Below, piece by piece: positions 58,077 to 64,000 of a stretch of 64,000 bases of DNA (the stretch's first letter is position 1; each line of letters opens with the position of its first letter). Made by a program: the position numbers and the translations under genes. Under the pieces are notes generated by a model. The model ran no database searches. It worked only from the letters and a program-made list of their open reading frames with translations, and had not been told where the DNA came from. This DNA comes from an uncultured Gemmatimonadales bacterium (GTDB lineage: Bacteria > Gemmatimonadota > Gemmatimonadetes > Palauibacterales > Palauibacteraceae). Location: assembly GCA_963783385.1 (NCBI GenBank), contig CAWANJ010000009.1, forward strand, positions 192,001 through 256,000, read 5' to 3'.

Positions 58077-60598
58077 TGACCTCGCTCCCGCCGGCGTCCC
58101 GTCCAACGGCCGACCCGTCGCGGGAGGGTCGCGGCACGGAGGACGGCGGCTCGGAGCACGCCCTCTCGCTGCTGGAGTTCCCCCGCGTCCTGGCTCTGGT
58201 GGCGCGTTACGCCTCGAGCGAGGCCGGCCGGCGTCGCGTGCGGGAGCTCCGCCCGCTCGTCTACCCCGACGCCGCCGAGGACGCCTTGCGGGTCACGGGC
58301 GAAATGACGCGGCTGTACGGTCGTTCGGGCGGATGGGCTCCCCCGGTGATTCCGGAGCTGGACGCGGAGCTGCGGCGACTCGCCGTCGAGGGGGCGGTCC
58401 TCGAGGGGGACGCGCTGCACGGTCTGAGCGTGCTACTGGCTTCGGGTGAGTCCGCGCGCCGGGACGTCCTGGAGGAGGAGGAGACGCTCCCGGGCCTCGC
58501 CGAGCTCGCACGGGGCCTCCTTCGGGCGCCCGCCCTTCGGGAGAAGCTCGAGGACGCGGTGGACGAGTCCGGGGCGGTGCGGGACGAGGCGTCACCGGAT
58601 CTGCGGCGGATCCGCGGGGAGCTGCGCGGCGCCCGTTCCTCGCTGGTCGGCCGGCTCGAGCGCTTCGCCGCGCGACTCCGCGACCGGATCCGTGTCCCGG
58701 ACGCCTCGGTCACCGTGCGGGGCGGCCGCTACTGCATCCCCATCCGGCGAGAGGGCCGCTCGGAGGTCGGCGGCATCGTGCACGACGAGTCGTCCAGCGG
58801 GCAGACCCTGTTCGTCGAGCCGCCGGTCGCCATCGAGCCCATGAATCGGATCCGCGAGCTCGAGATGGCCGAGGGCCGGGAGGTGCGCCGCATCCTCGCC
58901 GAGCTCACGTCGGCGGCGCGCCCCCACGCACGCGAGCTGCGGCACAGCCTGTACGTCCTGGAGGAGCTCGATGCGATCTGGGCCCGTGCCCGCTACGCGC
59001 TGGATCACGGGGGCCACAGGCCCGACCTCGGCGAGCGCGGCAGGCACGGTCCCTACAGGGTGGTGGAGGGTTACCATCCGCTGCTGCTGGCCGGCCAAGA
59101 GGAGACCGTGCCCTTCGGGCTCACCCTGGCGCCGGAGGAGAGCGTCCTCCTGATCAGCGGTCCGAACGCTGGCGGCAAGACGGTCCTCCTCAAGACGATC
59201 GGCCTCCTGTCCGCCATGGCGCAGTCGGGCATCGTGCCCCCCGTGGGACCCGATACCCGCCTCCCGCTGTTCACCCGCTTCTTCGCCATCCTGGGCGACG
59301 AGCAGTCGATCGAGGCCTCCCTCTCCTCCTTCAGCGCACAGGTGGGCCTGCTCCGCACGATCCTCGAGGAGGCCGACGGCGGGAGCCTCATCCTCCTCGA
59401 CGAGTTCGGAAGCCACACCGATCCCTCCGAGGGTGCCGCCCTCGCGGCGGCCAGCCTCCTGCGGCTGGCCGACCAGGCGGGACTGACCGTGGCCACCACG
59501 CACCTGGGGGACCTCAAGGCGCTGGCCGGAGAAGATGAGCGCATTGTGAACGCATCCCTGGCGTTCGACGCCGGCCGGCTGCGTCCCACCTACCGGCTGC
59601 GGCGGGACCGGCCCGGGCGGAGCTACGCGCTCGAGATCGCCGCGCGGCTCGGCGTTCCCGCGAGCGTCCTCGAGGCGGCCCGAGAGCGCATGGGCAGCGG
59701 GGAGCGTCGCATGGAATCGGTGCTGGCCGAGCTCGAGGAGCGCGAAGCCGAGCTTTCGCGGCTGACCGGGGAGGGGCGCGAACGAGAGGCGGAGCTGGTG
59801 GAGCGCGAGGAGGCGATCGGTGAGCGGGAGCGCGCGCTGGCGGCGCGGCGCGCCGAGCTCGAGAGCGACGCTCGGGAGAGGGCGGAGCGCTACCTCCTCG
59901 AGGCGCGGAGCGAGGTGGAGGCGGCCATCGAGAGGCTGGAGCGTCGGGCCCGCTCGGGCGACCCGGGGGCGGAGGCCCTCGGGGATGCGGCCAGCGAGGC
60001 GCGACGCGCGGTGGAGGAGGCCGTACGGGAGAGTCGCGAGGCACGGCCTTCCCGTGCCGAGCCGGGACCGCTCCCGGAGGTGACGGCGGGGGAGGCGGTG
60101 CGCGTGCGCTCCCTGGGGCGGACCGGCCGCGTCCTCGAGGTCCGGGAGGACCGGATCGTGGTGGAAGCCGGCGGCGTGCGTCTCTCGCTGCCGCCGCGGG
60201 AGGTGGCGCCCGCCTCCGATGGGGAAGCCGAGGGGGCCGGCGCGGGTGGCTCCGGCGGGGCCGCCGCCCGCGGCGCAACGGGGATCGCGGGGCACCGGGC
60301 CGCGAGTCGCCCGGCTGGCCGCCGCCCGACGATCGAGCCGCGCTCGGAGGTCGATCTGAGGGGCCTGCGGGTGGACGAAGCCGAGGGGGAGCTGGTGCCG
60401 GTCCTGGACGCGGCCATCGTCGCGGATCTCCCGCGACTCCGCATCATACATGGCAAGGGCACCGGAGCGCTGCGCGAGCGGGTCCGGGAGGTCCTGACCG
60501 TCGATCCGCGCGTCGTCTCCTTCCGTGGAGGCGGCCCCGAAGAGGGGGGGAGCGGAGTCACGGTCGTGCGCCTCACCCCGGACGAGGGAGACACGTGA
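58076..60598 (+). CDS. mutS2: MutS2 (ATPase, coiled coil, KOW, Smr)
   Basis: LEF, VHDESSSGQTLFVEP, SGPNAGGKT, DEQS, LSSFS, DEFG, TTH, PGRSYA, IIHGKGTGALR. Confidence 0.93.
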   Translation: MTSLPPASRPTADPSREGRGTEDGGSEHALSLLEFPRVLALVARYASSEAGRRRVRELRPLVYPDAAEDALRVTGEMTRLYGRSGGWAPPVIPELDAELRRLAVEGAVLEGDALHGLSVLLASGESARRDVLEEEETLPGLAELARGLLRAPALREKLEDAVDESGAVRDEASPDLRRIRGELRGARSSLVGRLERFAARLRDRIRVPDASVTVRGGRYCIPIRREGRSEVGGIVHDESSSGQTLFVEPPVAIEPMNRIRELEMAEGREVRRILAELTSAARPHARELRHSLYVLEELDAIWARARYALDHGGHRPDLGERGRHGPYRVVEGYHPLLLAGQEETVPFGLTLAPEESVLLISGPNAGGKTVLLKTIGLLSAMAQSGIVPPVGPDTRLPLFTRFFAILGDEQSIEASLSSFSAQVGLLRTILEEADGGSLILLDEFGSHTDPSEGAALAAASLLRLADQAGLTVATTHLGDLKALAGEDERIVNASLAFDAGRLRPTYRLRRDRPGRSYALEIAARLGVPASVLEAARERMGSGERRMESVLAELEEREAELSRLTGEGREREAELVEREEAIGERERALAARRAELESDARERAERYLLEARSEVEAAIERLERRARSGDPGAEALGDAASEARRAVEEAVRESREARPSRAEPGPLPEVTAGEAVRVRSLGRTGRVLEVREDRIVVEAGGVRLSLPPREVAPASDGEAEGAGAGGSGGAAARGATGIAGHRAASRPAGRRPTIEPRSEVDLRGLRVDEAEGELVPVLDAAIVADLPRLRIIHGKGTGALRERVREVLTVDPRVVSFRGGGPEEGGSGVTVVRLTPDEGDT

Positions 60599-62394
60599 GG
60601 GACGAGGTCATCGAAGAGGTCCGCTCCCGGGCCGATCTGGTCGAGATCTGCTCGGAGCACACGAGCCTGAAGCGGTCGGGGAAGACGTACCGCGGGCCGT
60701 GTCCCCTGCATGGCGGCGAGGGGCCCAACTTCTCCGTCGATCCGGCGCGCGGCATCTTCAAGTGTTTCGTGTGTGGCGAGGGCGGGGACGTGTTCAGCTT
60801 CGTCATGAAGCTGCTGGGGCTCGACTTCCCCTCGGCCGTGCGCTACGTGGCCGAGAGGGCGGGGGTGGAGGTCCCCGAGGACGATGAGAGACGCGAGGAC
60901 CCCCACGCTGCCCTGCGGGAGGCGGTGGCCTTCGCGGCGGAGTGGTTCGCGACGCGGCTGGCCGACCTCGAGGCGGGGGCCCGCGGACGGGCGTACCTGG
61001 AGTCACGGGGCTTCGACGCTGAGGCGGCGGAGCTCTACCGGCTCGGCTACGTCCCGGATGCCTGGCGGGCGCTGCGGGAGGCGGCGCTCGCGCGCGGGCT
61101 GGAGGAGTCCGCCCTCCTCGAGGTGGGGCTCCTGGCGACCAGCGAGCGCTCCGACGAACCGTACGATCGCTTCAGGGACCGGATCATCTTCCCGATCGAG
61201 GACCTCCGGGACCGACCGGTGGGCTTCGGCGGGCGCGACCTCTCCGGCCGCGACGACGTCCCCAAGTACATCAACTCGCCGGATTCCCCGATCTTCTCCA
61301 AGGGACGCACGCTCTACCTGCTCAACCGGGCCCGTCATGCCATCCGTCGTCAGGAGGCCGCCCTGGTGGTGGAGGGCTACATGGATGCCCTGTCGCTCCA
61401 CGTGAGGGGGTTCGAGAACGTGGTGGCCCCCCTGGGCACGGCCCTCACCGCCGAACAGGCGGCGACGCTGGTGAAGTACGCGCGCACGGTCTTCCTCCTC
61501 TACGACAGCGACAGGGCCGGGCTGCGCGCCACGTTCCGGGCGGCCGACGCGCTCCTGGCGGCCGGTGCCGAGCCGATGGTGGTGACGCTGCCGGAGGGAG
61601 AGGACCCCGACTCGCTGGTGCGGAGCGAGGGAGCGGGGCGTCTCCAGGCCTGCCTCGCCGACGCCGTGGACGCACTGGAGCGCAAGCTCCAGATCCTCGA
61701 GCGCCGGGGCTACCTCGAGACGATCGACGGACGCCGCCGCGCGGTGGATGCCCTGCTGTCCACGCTCAGGGCGGTCCGCGATCCGGCCCTCAGGGACCTG
61801 TACATCTCGCGCGCGGCCGAACGCACCGGGGTGCGCCGGGAGACCCTGGTCCACGAGGTCGCCAGGGCGGGCGCCCCCCGGGAGCCGCGCGCCGTATCCC
61901 GCGGCCGTGGTGCGGCCGCGGCCCGCCCCGGAATCCACGCCGCGGCCACGGACGCGGGCAGGGTGTCCGAGCGCAACCTCCTGCTCCTCTTCCTCCGGGA
62001 CCCGACCTACGTGGCGCGGGCCCGGGAGGCGGACCTCGAGGCGTCCAGTTTCCGGGACGATCACCTTCGGCCGCTTGCCGCGGGGCTCCTCGGGGCCCAG
62101 GGTCGTGACCTCGACCTCGCCGAGCTGTTCACTGGAGAGGAGCTCGATGCGGCCCGCGAGCTGGCATCCAATGCCACCGACCTGGCCAACGCCGAGGAGG
62201 TGTTCGAGCACTCCCTCCGGAGGGTCCGGTACAGAACCCGGCTGGAGCGGCTCGAGGAGATCGATCGCGAGCTGGAGCTCGCCGAGGCCGATCAGGCCCG
62301 GGAGCTCCTGCGGGAGAAGGAAGCGCTCGCCCGGGAGCTCCGGGAGGCCCGGATCCCGGTGAGCTGGGTACGACGGTACGCCGGGGCGCCGTGA
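60595..62394 (+). CDS. dnaG: DNA primase
   Basis: CPLH...CFVC zinc finger, DRFRDRIIFPI, FGGR, KYINSP, VEGYMD, YDSDRAG, DPD. Confidence 0.96.
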   Translation: MRDEVIEEVRSRADLVEICSEHTSLKRSGKTYRGPCPLHGGEGPNFSVDPARGIFKCFVCGEGGDVFSFVMKLLGLDFPSAVRYVAERAGVEVPEDDERREDPHAALREAVAFAAEWFATRLADLEAGARGRAYLESRGFDAEAAELYRLGYVPDAWRALREAALARGLEESALLEVGLLATSERSDEPYDRFRDRIIFPIEDLRDRPVGFGGRDLSGRDDVPKYINSPDSPIFSKGRTLYLLNRARHAIRRQEAALVVEGYMDALSLHVRGFENVVAPLGTALTAEQAATLVKYARTVFLLYDSDRAGLRATFRAADALLAAGAEPMVVTLPEGEDPDSLVRSEGAGRLQACLADAVDALERKLQILERRGYLETIDGRRRAVDALLSTLRAVRDPALRDLYISRAAERTGVRRETLVHEVARAGAPREPRAVSRGRGAAAARPGIHAAATDAGRVSERNLLLLFLRDPTYVARAREADLEASSFRDDHLRPLAAGLLGAQGRDLDLAELFTGEELDAARELASNATDLANAEEVFEHSLRRVRYRTRLERLEEIDRELELAEADQARELLREKEALARELREARIPVSWVRRYAGAP

Positions 62395-62499
62395 GGCGCG
62401 GCGTGGGCCGGGGGCGCGGGTGGCTCGTGCCGGGGACCGGAAGAGGACGCCCGGGTAGGGTGTAGGGGACGACCGAGAACGACACGTACAGGAGAGGGA

Positions 62500-63237
62500 A
62501 TGGAATCACAGGACACGGTGGAGGCGCTCCTGGGCCTCCAGGACATCGACGCGGCCATCGAGGAGCGAGAGGCCGAGCTGGCCGCGCTCGAGCCTGCGCT
62601 CCAGGAGGGGGAGGAGCGAATAGCGGGGCTGCGCGAGCGGCTGGACGCCGTACGCCAGGAGCTGGAGTCGGCGGAAGAATCCTATCGAAAGAGCCAGAGG
62701 TCCGTCCAGGCGGGACGCGCCACGCTCAAGCGACTCCGGGACCGGGCGGACGAGGTCCAGGACCTGCGCCAGCACATGGCGGTGCGGGCCGAGCTCGAAG
62801 CGGCGCGACGCAACCTGGAAGCCGCCGAGAACGACGCGCTCGACGACCTGCAGCGGGCGGAGAGCGCACGGGAGGTGCTCGAGACCCTGGACGGCGAGAT
62901 GTCGGAGGCTCGGGACTCCCTGCAGCAGCGCTCCGACGAGGTCGAGGCGCGGCGAGAGGAACTCGAGAAGGAGCTCGCGCACCATCGCGATCGTCGAAGT
63001 GAAGGCACCGAGGGGATCGACCAGGAGGCGCTCAAGCTGTACGAGAGGGTCCGCCGGGGCCGAACCGAGAGCGCCCTGGCCCCACTGGTGGGCGGGCATT
63101 GCGGCAACTGCTTCACGGCCGTGCCCCTCCAACGGCAGGCCGAGATTCGCACCGGTCGTGCCCTGTTCCGGTGCGAGGGCTGCGGCGTGATCCTGCACGC
63201 TCCGCTGGAGGAGACGGCGGACGAGGTGGACCGCTGA
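62500..63237 (+). CDS. Coiled-coil protein with C4-type zinc ribbon (DUF164/CT398-like)
   Basis: LLGLQDID, long coiled coil, LYERVR, CGNC...CEGCGVIL. Confidence 0.85.
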   Translation: MESQDTVEALLGLQDIDAAIEEREAELAALEPALQEGEERIAGLRERLDAVRQELESAEESYRKSQRSVQAGRATLKRLRDRADEVQDLRQHMAVRAELEAARRNLEAAENDALDDLQRAESAREVLETLDGEMSEARDSLQQRSDEVEARREELEKELAHHRDRRSEGTEGIDQEALKLYERVRRGRTESALAPLVGGHCGNCFTAVPLQRQAEIRTGRALFRCEGCGVILHAPLEETADEVDR

Positions 63238-63262
63238 TCGAGGTCCCGCGCGGCCCGGGGAC

Positions 63263-64000
63263 GTGAGCCCCCCGGCCACGCCCGTGCTTCCGCGGCTGCG
63301 GGCTCGCTGGGTGCCACCTCCGGAGGCACCCGGCGCCCTGGTGGACCGGCTGCGCGAGGCGGTGAGACTGCCCGCGCCGGTGTGCGAGCTCCTGGTGCGG
63401 CGGGGTCGCGGGGCGCCCGACGCGGCCCGCGCCTTTCTCCGTCCGACCTTCGACGCCCTCCATTCGCCCGATCTCCTCCCGGACATGCCGGCGGCTCTCG
63501 ATCGCGTCGAAGGTGCGATCGACCAGGGGGAGCGCATCCTCGTGCACGGCGACTACGACGCCGACGGACTGTGCTCCGCGGCCTTGCTGACCCTGGGTCT
63601 GAGGGAACTCGGCGCGCGGGTCGAGCCGTTCGTTCCCCACCGACTCCGGGACGGCTACGACCTCGGCGACGGCGGGCTCGCCCGTGCGCGCGAGCTGGAT
63701 GCCGGCCTGATCGTCACGGCGGACTGCGGGGTGTCGGCGGTCGAGGCGGTGGCCGAGGCGGGGCGGATGGGCCTCGACGTGGTCGTCACCGACCACCACC
63801 GTCCGCCGCCCCGGCTCCCGGACGCCGTCGCGGTGGTCGACCCGGCCCGCTCGGAGGCCGGTTACCCGTTCCCGGGACTGGCCGGTGTGGGAGTCGCGTT
63901 CAAGCTGTTGGCCGGCCTGTACGCGAGAGGCGGGGTCCCCGCGGAGCGGCTGAACCGTCACCTGGACCTGGTGGCGCTCGGCACGGTGGCCGACCTGGTG
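63263..64000 (+). CDS. recJ: Single-stranded DNA exonuclease RecJ (partial, runs off window)
   Basis: Manual translation from GTG 63263: LLVRRG, P.LLPDM, ILVHGDYDADG, PHRLRDGY, TADCG, VTDHH, YPFPGLAGVGVAFKL, LDLVALGTVADLV. Confidence 0.93.
   Translation, partial: MSPPATPVLPRLRARWVPPPEAPGALVDRLREAVRLPAPVCELLVRRGRGAPDAARAFLRPTFDALHSPDLLPDMPAALDRVEGAIDQGERILVHGDYDADGLCSAALLTLGLRELGARVEPFVPHRLRDGYDLGDGGLARARELDAGLIVTADCGVSAVEAVAEAGRMGLDVVVTDHHRPPPRLPDAVAVVDPARSEAGYPFPGLAGVGVAFKLLAGLYARGGVPAERLNRHLDLVALGTVADLV

Noticed and set aside
1-64000. CRISPR arrays, tRNA/rRNA genes, defence systems
   Set aside because: No regularly spaced repeats, cloverleaf motifs or defence-type domains were seen, and nearly all sequence is explained by protein-coding genes.

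Overview
Very GC-rich bacterial chromosomal DNA. Gene content and order suggest Gemmatimonadota (inference). A housekeeping backbone (rpmE-prfA-prmC, tmk, ctpA, obgE-dprA-hemW-hrcA-dnaJ, HIT-mutS2-dnaG-Zn ribbon-recJ) is interrupted after dnaJ by a ~27 kb divergent carbon-storage cluster. Its minus arm is GH15 glucoamylase, tkt, rpiB, tal-pgi fusion, HAD, gnd, zwf, pgl, glk and a second GH15. Its plus arm is glgE, treS-mak, malQ, glgB and GH57/DUF3536. I found no rRNA, tRNA, CRISPR array, integrase or transposase. The best novelty candidates are: (1) an APC transporter fused to a His-bearing PTS EIIA domain and an RCK_C domain, divergent from an LHPP-like phosphatase; (2) a ylbF-like/PIP synthase/ino1 operon implying inositol phospholipids; (3) an AT-rich patch of three adjacent palindromes before obgE, crossed by a small ORF coupled at both ends; (4) three gene scars (MscS, repeat surface protein, collapsed DUF2064). 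Single-base frameshifts in prmC, the TonB receptor, dprA and glgE probably reflect long-read consensus errors. All family calls come from motif recognition, not database searches.
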